Shown: positions 9,601-17,543 of the stretch, in pieces
How the letters are laid out: each line of letters starts with the position of its first letter
How positions within the stretch are numbered: position 1 is the first letter of the stretch
Source: a virus
Reading direction: 5' to 3' (one strand)
Length of the DNA stretch: 32,463 nt
IMG/VR virus record: IMGVR_UViG_3300022683_000007
Location: 1 to 32,463 of that record
Translations under genes and position numbers: made by a program
Notes under the pieces: model-generated
What the model saw: only the letters and a program-made list of their open reading frames with translations
Database searches by the model: none
Told to the model about the DNA's origin: nothing

Positions 9601-9707
9601 AGGGCAGATGCAAGCTCAGACACCGTAGGCTTGTCTGGCTCGGCCTCAGCTAAATTAACCAGTTTATTTTTTAAAACTGCGTCTTCTGGAGAAGAAACAA
9701 AAGGCAT
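6645..9707 (-). CDS. Internal virion/ejection protein (position of T7 gp16-type core protein)
   Basis: 1020 aa. It is the largest and last of three consecutive proteins after the nozzle gene and is start/stop-coupled on both sides. It has Gly/Ala-rich hydrophobic stretches (AMSFVIGAGVAIADPINLIPIGGAVA). The call rests on position and size only. Confidence 0.5.
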   Translation of the reverse strand: MPFVSSPEDAVLKNKLVNLAEAEPDKPTVSELASALWRQENTIGSFLAQEEGLPRRVDDRSFNPFDYLTEEEALDDVFVSNAALADTVDEINALRRQSAKEKADRETIRKGGAMSFVIGAGVAIADPINLIPIGGAVAKTYKAGNSILSAGIITGSISSASSAVTEAALHSTQLERTIGESAINVGASFLLGSAIGVGANQLNRYINKSQLEEIERSMNVEPRIARGEDTVFDFQSEKIKAEAEAEGITPEQLSVGAAQVANGQQVSGKTGKFLAKALGFDPLSRTLTSANPETRRIANMLAENPYKMDGPSMTAAESLTKIKDGYYNAALQAHTDAFRAYRKRNKGKGTMKRLQFNEAVSTAIREGRHDIPEVEAAAKAWQKELYDPIKNELIETKLLPEDVDVTTAVNYLNRRWNKNKVAAELPDFVKVVSRWLKDEDLNLFSKAQDARIKIVDATGAERTKLQAIIDKAEFKEAKELEDFDYEDIARQIAQRIMGTPDGKLPYDWKMGEGSKSGGLNGASGLRGPLKSRVFQIPDNMVEKFMDNNIEDLGRMYLRQTAADLELTKKFGDVGMTDAFKEMEAWHKTALDNAKTEKERLALVAEYDADIKDLAAMRDRIRGVYGDVDPNNIWVRAGRVSRNLNYLRFMGGIVASSVPDVARIFMAEGVARTFSKGLLPLAKNLKTFKVSAAEAKRYGVGIDALMGGRSQIIADVVDYTQPGTAFERGLQSMTDNFGRINLMDYWTAGVKQLHAVTMQNGVIDDLLKGKIDKRLARLGIDNANAENIARQLKKHAEKVDGVWISNAKNWDSPALYEMWAAAIRKESDRVIVVPGQEKPLFMSSELGKTIFQFRSFMFASTQRMLIGALQGQDHNAVAGVLMLTSIGTMAYAFKQWDAKREISDDPVELIVEGIDRAGVLGSLMEINNTLEKLSSNNFGLRPLLGIERGAARFVSRSMSENLLGPTVGSLLDTSLRVANAGLAEDGWGESDTRALRRLIPYQNLTFIRQGFDTIEEKVGDL

Positions 9708-12085
9708 TATTGGTTTTCCTCACGAATTTTTCGTCTTAACCTTTCTTCTTCTTTGCGTCTCTTTTCGGTTGACTCTTGAAGGGCGGCACGCTGAGACTTG
9801 CCTTTCTTCGATATCGCCTCGCCAACCTGACCAATAAGACCTAATGCTGCACGCTGTGGCGCTGTTGCCATAACAAGACCCTTTTCAACTAGGTCTGCAT
9901 AGTCTTCATAAACGGTAACATCTTTGTATATTTCAGATGCTGGTTTTACTTTGGTTCGAACGCGCTCTGGTTTAACGCCTGTTTCTTCTTCAATAATTCT
10001 ATCAATTCTGGATTGCTCTAGCTTTTGTTGCGCAGGGGTTAAGGCTCTTTTTTCCTCTATCCTTGCTCTAGCTTCTTCTAATTTTCTTTCTCTTGCCGCA
10101 TCAACATCTGGCATAAAATATTCATTAGTAGTTTGAATGATTCCATTCTCATCTATAAATGATATTTTGTACATCGGCCTGCCTTCAGATGCGGTTCTGG
10201 CAGTTACATCGTCGCTTAACAGCATGATGCTATCTGGGTCAATGTCCCCATAAATATCCGAGCCTTGAGACAAGCCAGCTATTATTTCTTCTCTCATGTA
10301 CTCAATGTCACCGCTAATAGCGTAATACTGCTCTGGCGGGTACATCATTGGCCCAAATGAAGATTCAGAATAATTTGTATTCAAGAATTTTTCGGCTTGC
10401 TCTTGAGCGGTATCTTTATCTGCGCCGTTTGTAAAATACGCTTCAAACACGGTTTGATACTGCTGTACTGCAAGCCCCATAGATATAGGGCTAACGTCAC
10501 CCACGATATCTTTTGTCCACTTGCTATATTCTTTTGGATACTTTTCTTTTTTGATTTCAGCTTGTCTTTGGCTAATTCGTGCTTGATCCATTTCGCCACC
10601 AAGGTACTGCTTGCTAAGGTCATACGCCTTTTCTGGCGACATAACGCTCATTAAACGAACCATATTAGTGGCAAAGATTTTGGCCGACGGAGGAACCATT
10701 GCGTCAAACATTCCAGGAATTTCATCAACACGATCAACAAGCATAGCTGCTTCAGTGATTAATGCTGGGTCTCCAGAGGATATAAATTGGTTTACCTGCC
10801 TCTTAATTTTGCTTGGAACCATACGTGTAGCGCTAATGTAATTAGCTTGCACAAGTGACTTGTTTTCTACGCCTTCTAGCTGTGGCTCTAATACCTCCTC
10901 GTAGTATTCATCAATACCTTTTTGCTCAACTACAACGCTAGAGTCTCCCTTAATCCTATCGGAAACATCTAGTATTCGACGATTTTTGTCTAGCGTTTTA
11001 CCTTGATTAGAGTAAACCCTATTAATGATAGATGTTCTTTCATCTCCAGTAATATCTTCGTTTTTAAATAAACGGTTAGCGTCTGCGATAATTTCATCGC
11101 CTGGTCGAAGGTCGTTTGCTGCCGCAATCTCTAGGTTAGATACCTCTAGCGCAATTTCAGAGCTTCTTTGAGATGCCTCTTTTGCAACCGCTATGCGAAC
11201 ATCATTAACTCGAACATCAATCTTTTGCTCTAATGCGCGCTTTTCATCTGGAGTTAAATCTTCAAAAAAATCTAGCTCCCTTAGATCAGATAGGAACTTT
11301 TCACCTTTAGCAAGTCTTGTTGTTAAGGTCTCATCTTCATTAAAGACTATTCGGTCAATTTCACCCAAATAGATTTCTTCTGCAACATTCTTGCTCAAAT
11401 TATCCAATCGAGTCTTAGCTTCCGCTGGATCAACAAATGCCCCAACTTCTTCTATTCTTTTGTATAGCCTAGCCTCTAGCGCCTGTTGCTTCTCGGTATC
11501 ATTGTTTCTAGCGGCATAAAGAATTTCATTCTCTAGCGAATCTAACTCAGACCGAACATCAGTTAAATTTTTCTGAAAAGTGCGATCAACAAAAGACTTT
11601 TTTAAGTCTCTTTCACGAAAGTAAATGTCTTGCTCTAACTGAGGCAGTATTTCTGCTTGTATTTCTGGTGGCAATCCAATCATTACGCCATTTTGATAGG
11701 CTTGTGCTTCTTTTGTGTATGCCGCTGGATCGTCTTTAAACTCAACAGCAAGCTCATCTAGCCGTCGCTTTGCATCTAAAGCAATGCCAGACTTATAAGA
11801 ATTAATTGCGGACTCATTAAATGCTTGCCCGTAATAAGTAGTATCTTCTTGTAGCTCTGGCGCAATAATATTTCCTTCTTCATCGCGCTCAACTTTAGAA
11901 CCAGCTAAAGCACCCGCCTTAGCCGCCTTATCTGCTCGCTCTTGTAATGCAACCTGCCCAAACTGCGAAGCCGCTTCGCCAACTTGATCGGCAAGACCTG
12001 CAAGTGCCTGAAAGCGTTTGGCAGTAGAAAAGTCTGGGCCTGTTGGATCAAACCTACCATAATAATCTATCTGCTTTATTGCCAT
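9707..12085 (-). CDS. Internal virion protein (position of T7 gp15-type core protein)
   Basis: 792 aa, highly charged and helical or coiled-coil-like throughout. It overlaps the downstream gene as TAATG. The call rests on position and size. Confidence 0.5.
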   Translation of the reverse strand: MAIKQIDYYGRFDPTGPDFSTAKRFQALAGLADQVGEAASQFGQVALQERADKAAKAGALAGSKVERDEEGNIIAPELQEDTTYYGQAFNESAINSYKSGIALDAKRRLDELAVEFKDDPAAYTKEAQAYQNGVMIGLPPEIQAEILPQLEQDIYFRERDLKKSFVDRTFQKNLTDVRSELDSLENEILYAARNNDTEKQQALEARLYKRIEEVGAFVDPAEAKTRLDNLSKNVAEEIYLGEIDRIVFNEDETLTTRLAKGEKFLSDLRELDFFEDLTPDEKRALEQKIDVRVNDVRIAVAKEASQRSSEIALEVSNLEIAAANDLRPGDEIIADANRLFKNEDITGDERTSIINRVYSNQGKTLDKNRRILDVSDRIKGDSSVVVEQKGIDEYYEEVLEPQLEGVENKSLVQANYISATRMVPSKIKRQVNQFISSGDPALITEAAMLVDRVDEIPGMFDAMVPPSAKIFATNMVRLMSVMSPEKAYDLSKQYLGGEMDQARISQRQAEIKKEKYPKEYSKWTKDIVGDVSPISMGLAVQQYQTVFEAYFTNGADKDTAQEQAEKFLNTNYSESSFGPMMYPPEQYYAISGDIEYMREEIIAGLSQGSDIYGDIDPDSIMLLSDDVTARTASEGRPMYKISFIDENGIIQTTNEYFMPDVDAARERKLEEARARIEEKRALTPAQQKLEQSRIDRIIEEETGVKPERVRTKVKPASEIYKDVTVYEDYADLVEKGLVMATAPQRAALGLIGQVGEAISKKGKSQRAALQESTEKRRKEEERLRRKIREENQ

Positions 12086-12088
12086 TGA

Positions 12089-12526
12089 TTATGCTCCACC
12101 AATGCTTTGGCTTTGTTGAACCTGACCCGCTACTTGTGTGCCAGTCTGTAACAAGGTAGATGCCGCTTGTAACTTTCCTGTTCGTGCCGCATTAGCGCCT
12201 TGTCGTCGTAACTGTGCTTGCCGTAGTTTATCCGTAAGGCTAATAGCGCCCTCACTTATTCCCACTTGTTTAGCGCTTGCTAGGGCTATGCTTGCTGGAG
12301 TACCTTCACCCGCAAGTCCAGATTGCCCCATACCCACCATGTTAGCCGCTAAAGCTCGGTTTAACTCTTGTCGTCTCTGTAACTCACGGCTTTGTGCTGC
12401 AACCTTTTCTTGCTCGGCTTGGCGTTTTAACTCATCTTCTTGCACCCTGCCAGCAACATAAGAAGCCCTAGCAGATACACCGCCAGATGCCGCAGCCAAA
12501 ATTGCAAATATAGTAAACGGGTCCAT
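12089..12526 (-). CDS. Small internal virion protein (position of T7 gp14-type)
   Basis: 145 aa with an N-terminal hydrophobic segment (FTIFAILAAASGGV). The rest is rich in Gln, Ala and Arg. It lies directly after the nozzle gene. Confidence 0.45.
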   Translation of the reverse strand: MDPFTIFAILAAASGGVSARASYVAGRVQEDELKRQAEQEKVAAQSRELQRRQELNRALAANMVGMGQSGLAGEGTPASIALASAKQVGISEGAISLTDKLRQAQLRRQGANAARTGKLQAASTLLQTGTQVAGQVQQSQSIGGA

Positions 12527-15006
12527 TAGCTTGACTCCACCTCGTATTCAATCGCCTGGATATGGAAAGGCGTTGGGTCTGGTACACTGATTGTTGGCAT
12601 AACGTCTCGATTCCAACCGTTAATATAATATACATCGGATATTATGCCACTTAATGCTGTAGGGGCGCTATCTAGGGGCGTGGTTGGCGCAGAGCCGAAC
12701 GTTCTAATCGGAACAGGGTTACCGTCCACATGGACGCCATACGTCTCATATACGCGCATATTGACTCGTATAATGCGCTTTAATCTCATCGCATTCTGAC
12801 CAGAACCCATATTCGTATTTAGTGGCATTGGTATTAATTCTGGTACAAAGTTTAAGCCCAATTCAATTTGAGAATAACCGATCTCGTTAGCGTCTAATTC
12901 TATCTCGCCACTCGCTACGGTTTTTGGACTAAGCACAATTCCATCACCGACAATCTGTACCGTATCGCCCTCTAAATGGCTAAGACCTGTAATGACTGTT
13001 TGGGTAGGTGTTGGACTTACCTTAATAGACGAGTCCATTAAATAAGAGAAGTCCCATCGCTCAACATACGATACGGTAGAGCCGTCAATCTCTCTCTCAT
13101 TAACTATATAGAATTCATCGTCAACAACAGCACCCGACTTCAAGGCGCCACTGGTAGTCCACTCTGTATAGCCGTTAATATCCTGAGAGCGCAAAGTGTT
13201 TAGGATTGCCGCCCCGCCATCACTGTTAATAATGAATAGCCAGTTAGAGTCCTCACTCTGAGTACCCGTCAACAAGGCTAGGTCAATAGGTTGCTTGATT
13301 AAGTTTGACGCTAGAACGGACTTATCCTGCGTTGTATAGGCATCCTCATTGAATGAGTAGATAAAGTCTCTTAACGTCTTACCATTACGGTCGATAAATA
13401 GGGTAGAGCCGTCTACTTCCTGTACTTCAATGTTAGATGCACCGTGTGAAGTCTGTGGGGTAATCGCTACCGTGCTTGGTGTTAATGGCTTAACGGTTAC
13501 CGCAAACTCAGCACCCGAGGTAAATATCTGTAAAGTCCTGCCAGGGAACACGTCAACAATGTCATTCAGCTTTCTTGACGAGATCGTCGCGAAGATTCCT
13601 TCATCGTCATCGCCATCATCAATATCAAAGTCAAAGAACGATCCCGTTTTACTAGCGAATAAACTTTGTCTCTTAGACTTAGTACCACCAATGACTAACC
13701 GACTCTCATAGAAACAAGCCGTCTTAGGCCAGCCCCTAGTAGCAGACCATACGTCCTCTTTTCTTGGTGAGCCGCTAGCAGTCTTAACAAAGCCAACCGT
13801 CTTACTAGCCGTTCCACTGGTCGCAAATCCAGAATACAACTCGAAGTCTTTTGCAGACTCACCGCCCACGGTAATGTCATACACACCCGCAGAAACATAG
13901 GAAACGCTTACGCCTGTGTCGCCCATGACAGGCATTTCTTGAATGTTCTTCTGTATGTTAAATACAGTGGACTCTCTCTGATCTGCGTTAGCGTCACCCG
14001 CAAAAGTAATGTTCTTAGATAACACACCCTCAATGTCTAGCTGAAACGTATCACCAGCTACGAAAGACGTTAGCGTCATTCTCTGCACGTCATTGACAGG
14101 GGTGGGACTAAGAGCATCGTTATAGTCAAATTGTGGGACGTTTACGAAAGGTGCAAGGTCTAAGAACCAATCGGAGTCAGTGCCTAAGTTTACTAACCGA
14201 CTAGGCGCGTAGTCCTCTTGGAACAACAGCATGACGTTCTCGACTTGGGTATCCCGAATATCTGGAATGGCGGCAGACTGCATTGCCATCTTAACGTCGG
14301 CCACATAAGTGTCTGGCGTTCTAATAATCCGAATGTTCTTATCTGTTAATACAAGTAAATAATGTCGATCAGATTCTACGGAAAAGTCTAATAGCTTGAC
14401 GTTAGATGCCGTTGCAGACTCATTAAATAGGTTAAAGTCGGATAATGTAACCTTAGCAGTACCTAAGTCTGTGGCTGTAGTCTTTACGATTCGCCAGTAT
14501 CTTTTGGTGACTCCTGCTTTGAATCGGAAGTCTTGTGCGCTTGGCCCAAGTAGGGGAATATCGGCAAGTTTCGTCCATGCAGACCCATCGTCACTATGCT
14601 CAATATCAAATTCATTAGACGTACCAGACGTAAGTAGTATGCCCCTAACGTCAACCACCTCAATATATTCTGCGCTGCCCAAATCCATTTGCGCCACAAC
14701 ATACGGGTTTGTCGTACTAATATTCGCTGTCGTGCTTGTAGACGTAGCGTCGTTTTCATCGTCAATGTCTCCAGGTGTTCCACCCTCGGGCATGGTCATA
14801 GTGCCTGCAAGTTTCTGTAAGACGTTTAACGCTCGGTCTATATACTGAGTGCCAGCCCTACGCTTCATGCCGCCCTGTGGGACGATAACAAGGTTCTTAG
14901 CAACCTCTGCGCCTTGGTAGTATTGGTCAATATCCACCCGACCTTTTAGTAAAGGGGACAGAGCGCCACTAACTAGGCTGGTTTGAAAGAATCTTGACTT
15001 AGCCAT
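12526..15006 (-). CDS. Tail tubular protein B / nozzle-type protein (T7 gp12-like) with an inserted discoidin-like domain
   Basis: 826 aa. The N-terminus (SLVSGALSPLLKGRVDIDQYYQGAEVAKNLVIVPQGGMKRRAGTQYI) is typical of podovirus nozzle proteins as I recall them. It sits after the gp11-like gene. Residues ~70-195 carry F5/8-type-C hallmarks (VAQMDLGSAEYIEVVDVRGI; HSDDGSAWTKL; RYWRIV). Confidence 0.55.
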   Translation of the reverse strand: MAKSRFFQTSLVSGALSPLLKGRVDIDQYYQGAEVAKNLVIVPQGGMKRRAGTQYIDRALNVLQKLAGTMTMPEGGTPGDIDDENDATSTSTTANISTTNPYVVAQMDLGSAEYIEVVDVRGILLTSGTSNEFDIEHSDDGSAWTKLADIPLLGPSAQDFRFKAGVTKRYWRIVKTTATDLGTAKVTLSDFNLFNESATASNVKLLDFSVESDRHYLLVLTDKNIRIIRTPDTYVADVKMAMQSAAIPDIRDTQVENVMLLFQEDYAPSRLVNLGTDSDWFLDLAPFVNVPQFDYNDALSPTPVNDVQRMTLTSFVAGDTFQLDIEGVLSKNITFAGDANADQRESTVFNIQKNIQEMPVMGDTGVSVSYVSAGVYDITVGGESAKDFELYSGFATSGTASKTVGFVKTASGSPRKEDVWSATRGWPKTACFYESRLVIGGTKSKRQSLFASKTGSFFDFDIDDGDDDEGIFATISSRKLNDIVDVFPGRTLQIFTSGAEFAVTVKPLTPSTVAITPQTSHGASNIEVQEVDGSTLFIDRNGKTLRDFIYSFNEDAYTTQDKSVLASNLIKQPIDLALLTGTQSEDSNWLFIINSDGGAAILNTLRSQDINGYTEWTTSGALKSGAVVDDEFYIVNEREIDGSTVSYVERWDFSYLMDSSIKVSPTPTQTVITGLSHLEGDTVQIVGDGIVLSPKTVASGEIELDANEIGYSQIELGLNFVPELIPMPLNTNMGSGQNAMRLKRIIRVNMRVYETYGVHVDGNPVPIRTFGSAPTTPLDSAPTALSGIISDVYYINGWNRDVMPTISVPDPTPFHIQAIEYEVESS

Positions 15007-15659
15007 CAGACCTCCATAAAGGTCAAATTCATCGAGAAAATGTCCACAACCAGAGAAGTTGTGCCATCTCCCTTAATCATTACATGAAATTCATCACCCG
15101 TATTGATCTGGAATATGCCGTTAGATGATGCCGATCCTCTTTTGTTTGCAGACGTAAACGACCGCACAATAGCTTGAGGACTTATAACGTCATTGATAGA
15201 TAGGGCTATGGTTACATCAGCAACCTTTTGCGAACTCATATCAACCGAGCCAACAAACTGAAACAAGCCACCAACACCAGTATAAGTCAGAGTATTATCG
15301 GCTAGGGTAAAGTCTCGGGCTGGGCCAATAGCCATATTGGGTACTTCAGTATACGTTACACCATCGTTATTCAGAGGCAAAACTGTCTCTGTGCTTAAGT
15401 AGTAGTAAGCATACTCTCGGTCTAAAAAAGACGTTTTTGCGACCACCACGCTGTTCTTAGATACCGCTGTGACCTTAGCCGTGTAAACCTCAACCGAGTT
15501 ATTAACGATGATTAGGTCTTTAACCTGTAGCTTTGTGTACGCCTCGTTAAAATAACCAGCGCCTAAAACTACTGTACGCCCATCCAGTGTTTCGTAAGTA
15601 TAGATTCTGGGTGCAGGAGAACTGCCGCCAACATGAGAAAAGCTCTCGTTATCAAACAT
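15006..15659 (-). CDS. Fibre/spike-like protein: N-terminal domain paralogous to ORF 16261..16518, C-terminal C1q/TNF-like jelly-roll candidate
   Basis: 217 aa. N-terminus: SHVGGSSPAPRIYTYETLDGRTVVLGAGYFNEAYTKLQVKDLIIV. This aligns by eye with SRIGGSGDANAVWVYSSTESPATVAGSGYFNNASAELTVGDVVLIV of the 85-aa protein. The C-terminal ~90 aa (GLFQFVGSVDM...VTIALSINDV...NGIFQINTGDEFHVMIKG) look C1q-like. Confidence 0.4.
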   Translation of the reverse strand: MFDNESFSHVGGSSPAPRIYTYETLDGRTVVLGAGYFNEAYTKLQVKDLIIVNNSVEVYTAKVTAVSKNSVVVAKTSFLDREYAYYYLSTETVLPLNNDGVTYTEVPNMAIGPARDFTLADNTLTYTGVGGLFQFVGSVDMSSQKVADVTIALSINDVISPQAIVRSFTSANKRGSASSNGIFQINTGDEFHVMIKGDGTTSLVVDIFSMNLTFMEV

Positions 15660-16216
15660 TAGAACCTCACATTGGTAAACGGGTTAGACGTAATCGGAAC
15701 CTGTGGATATTGTTGTGAGTCTGTGTATCTAGCCATGCGTGACTGATTAATGTATTCGTTGGTCATTGTCTGACGCGCTGAATCGCTGTCTCGGATCGAT
15801 GCGGCAAAATCCCTAGCTAGGGCATACTCAATCATTTTAGAGAAGTATACGGGCCATTCAGACTCTGGTGCGTTGTATATGTAATCAGCATACAAAGCGC
15901 TTGAAGTGTCCGTGTAAACCTTGTCACCGTACAGTTGATAGCTTGTATTGGGGTACAGCTTGATAAGGAAAAGCATATCAGTGGGTAATTGATATATGCT
16001 GCGCCACTCATCGTCTACTGGAACTTCAGTTGTTAGGGATAACTGCGCCTTCTTCTTGGCAAAGCCCCAACGATGCTTGGTTAATTCATTCTGCACGATA
16101 TTGTCGTACAGGTTCGATGCCACTTGTTGCGCTCTAGTGCCACCAGTAAGGGAGTTAATAGGAGTGTCGCCAATTAGAATGAGAGCATTACTAATTAGGT
16201 CTATCTTAGAAGCCAT
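15659..16216 (-). CDS. Tail tubular protein A / adaptor (T7 gp11-like)
   Basis: 185 aa. The N-terminus (IDLISNALILIGDTPINSLTGGTRAQQVASNLYD) and the size match the gp11-type family as I recall it. It is the first gene after the capsid-module terminator. Confidence 0.6.
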   Translation of the reverse strand: MASKIDLISNALILIGDTPINSLTGGTRAQQVASNLYDNIVQNELTKHRWGFAKKKAQLSLTTEVPVDDEWRSIYQLPTDMLFLIKLYPNTSYQLYGDKVYTDTSSALYADYIYNAPESEWPVYFSKMIEYALARDFAASIRDSDSARQTMTNEYINQSRMARYTDSQQYPQVPITSNPFTNVRF

Positions 16217-16227
16217 AACTCACCTTT

Positions 16228-16252
16228 GAAATAGATGGGGGCCGAAGCCCCC
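16228..16252 (-). terminator. Hairpin terminator after the capsid module (minus sense)
   Basis: Minus sense reads GGGGGC-UUCG-GCCCCC (16237-16252), a 6-bp all-GC stem with a UUCG tetraloop. It is followed by AUCUAUUUC, only a partial U-tract, so termination is probably partial, as after T7 gene 10. Confidence 0.55.
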
Positions 16253-16260
16253 GATTGTGC

Positions 16261-16518
16261 TTAAACGTTGCCTACAGCCGTACCAGATGCACAGTCAACT
16301 ACACCAGCGCTATTAGAAATAACGAAGGATACAGTTACAGCAGGTGCGTCAGTATCAACAATCAGAACTACGTCGCCAACAGTAAGCTCGGCGCTTGCGT
16401 TGTTGAAGTAGCCAGAACCAGCAACAGTTGCAGGTGATTCAGTAGATGAGTAAACCCATACCGCGTTTGCATCACCAGAACCACCAATGCGTGAAAGACC
16501 GTCTCTTGAAAATGCCAT
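16261..16518 (-). CDS. Small capsid-associated protein (possible decoration or spike-anchor protein)
   Basis: 85 aa with a GGAG SD 8 nt upstream. It lies immediately after the major capsid gene and before the terminator. It shares its whole length with the N-terminal domain of ORF 15006..15659. Confidence 0.4.
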   Translation of the reverse strand: MAFSRDGLSRIGGSGDANAVWVYSSTESPATVAGSGYFNNASAELTVGDVVLIVDTDAPAVTVSFVISNSAGVVDCASGTAVGNV

Positions 16519-16531
16519 GATTTAGTCTCCT

Positions 16532-17365
16532 TTACGCAGTGCGATCATATTGAACTTTAACCAAACCACCCTCGTCGCGTACGACAGAGCCAGCCTTCAG
16601 CATACCATTGGTAAGCCATGCGGTTCGCTCGGGAATCCAGTTAATTTCGGTTTTCATGTCAATGCCGATAGCAAGGCCAACAGCAGGACGTTGGAAGAAC
16701 CAAGAGTCAACAATGTCTGAAGCTACAGTTAAGCCGCCTTCGTTTCGTGTCTCAATGACAATGAACTGAAAGCCGCACAAAGTGTTAATCTCACCAGAGA
16801 CCAAAGCCTTGATAGCCTGGTAGTCAGCAGAAGTTGCCTTCTCATCGTTCAACAATCCACCAAGACCCTGCGCGTCAATAGCCGCAAATAGCTCAGTGTT
16901 GGGTACACCTTGGTCACGGAGTGCTACTTGAGCCTCAATAACTTTAGCCATAGTGAGGTTAGTACCGCCCTCAGGAATAGCAGTAGTTAATGGGGTAGAA
17001 GCGTCCATTGCATCAATAACGAGTTGGTCAGAACGACGACCAAGAGCGCCTGCGATAGTGCTTGCAAGCTCCTGCTTCTCATCAAAGTTGACTTCAGCAG
17101 CGTCAAAGATGTCAGTGTACTCGGGCGCGTTCCAGTTGCTAAGAGTAGCAGTCTTGAACTCGTGCCCTACGTCCATTGGAGTTACTAAGTCAGAAGTTGA
17201 TTTCTGGTTAGCAAGACCTTTGCCCATACGACGGAATTTGTAGGTATCGCCTACAACGTTATTACGGACGGTTACTGCGCCTTTCAGTAGGCCCATGCCC
17301 TGATAGGCATGCTTGACCATACTGTCAAACTCAATTACCGCTACAGCAGATAGATTTTTACTCAT
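16532..17365 (-). CDS. Major capsid protein
   Basis: 277 aa. It follows the scaffold gene (an HNH island intervenes). It has its own promoter candidate, a long structured leader, a GAGGG SD and a downstream hairpin terminator. The sequence style (VVGDTYKFRRMGKG...NAPEYTDIFD...) resembles podovirus HK97-fold coat proteins. Confidence 0.8.
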   Translation of the reverse strand: MSKNLSAVAVIEFDSMVKHAYQGMGLLKGAVTVRNNVVGDTYKFRRMGKGLANQKSTSDLVTPMDVGHEFKTATLSNWNAPEYTDIFDAAEVNFDEKQELASTIAGALGRRSDQLVIDAMDASTPLTTAIPEGGTNLTMAKVIEAQVALRDQGVPNTELFAAIDAQGLGGLLNDEKATSADYQAIKALVSGEINTLCGFQFIVIETRNEGGLTVASDIVDSWFFQRPAVGLAIGIDMKTEINWIPERTAWLTNGMLKAGSVVRDEGGLVKVQYDRTA

Positions 17366-17400
17366 GTGATAACCCTCAAAACGAGTAATTAATAAAAGTT

Positions 17401-17464
17401 TTGTAGGTTTTCGACTGAGTACCCGACAGATTCGGTCAGTCTACAACCTTATAAATCTGTCAGG
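17401..17464 (-). promoter_or_regulatory. Structured 5' leader of the capsid mRNA: two interleaved 11-bp helices (pseudoknot or mutually exclusive hairpins)
   Basis: Helix 1 pairs 17422-17432 with 17454-17464 (11 bp). The pair 17424/17462 is G-U in minus sense but A-C in plus sense. Helix 2 pairs 17401-17406 with 17441-17446 and 17414-17418 with 17436-17440 (6+5 bp around a 7-nt bulge). Each helix's inner strand lies in the loop of the other. Confidence 0.55.
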
Positions 17465-17489
17465 CCTCGAAGGGGTATCCGACTACACT

Positions 17490-17498
17490 ATAATAACA
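17490..17498 (-). promoter_or_regulatory. Extended -10 promoter candidate (TGTTATTAT) for the capsid gene
   Basis: Minus sense reads TG-T-TATTAT (TGn plus a 5/6 -10 hexamer). The identical 9-mer occurs upstream of terS at 23493-23501. No good -35 is present, which is consistent with an extended -10 promoter. Confidence 0.4.
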
Positions 17499-17507
17499 TC
17501 TAGTTAT

Positions 17508-17534
17508 AAAAAAACAAACTAACCAAATGTTTGT
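17508..17534 (-). terminator. Weak intrinsic terminator after the HNH gene
   Basis: Minus sense reads ACAAAC-(9-nt loop)-GUUUGU followed by U6-7 (plus-strand A-run 17508-17514). The stem has only 6 bp with 2 G-C pairs, so it is weak. Confidence 0.3.
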
Positions 17535-17543
17535 GTATAAGGG

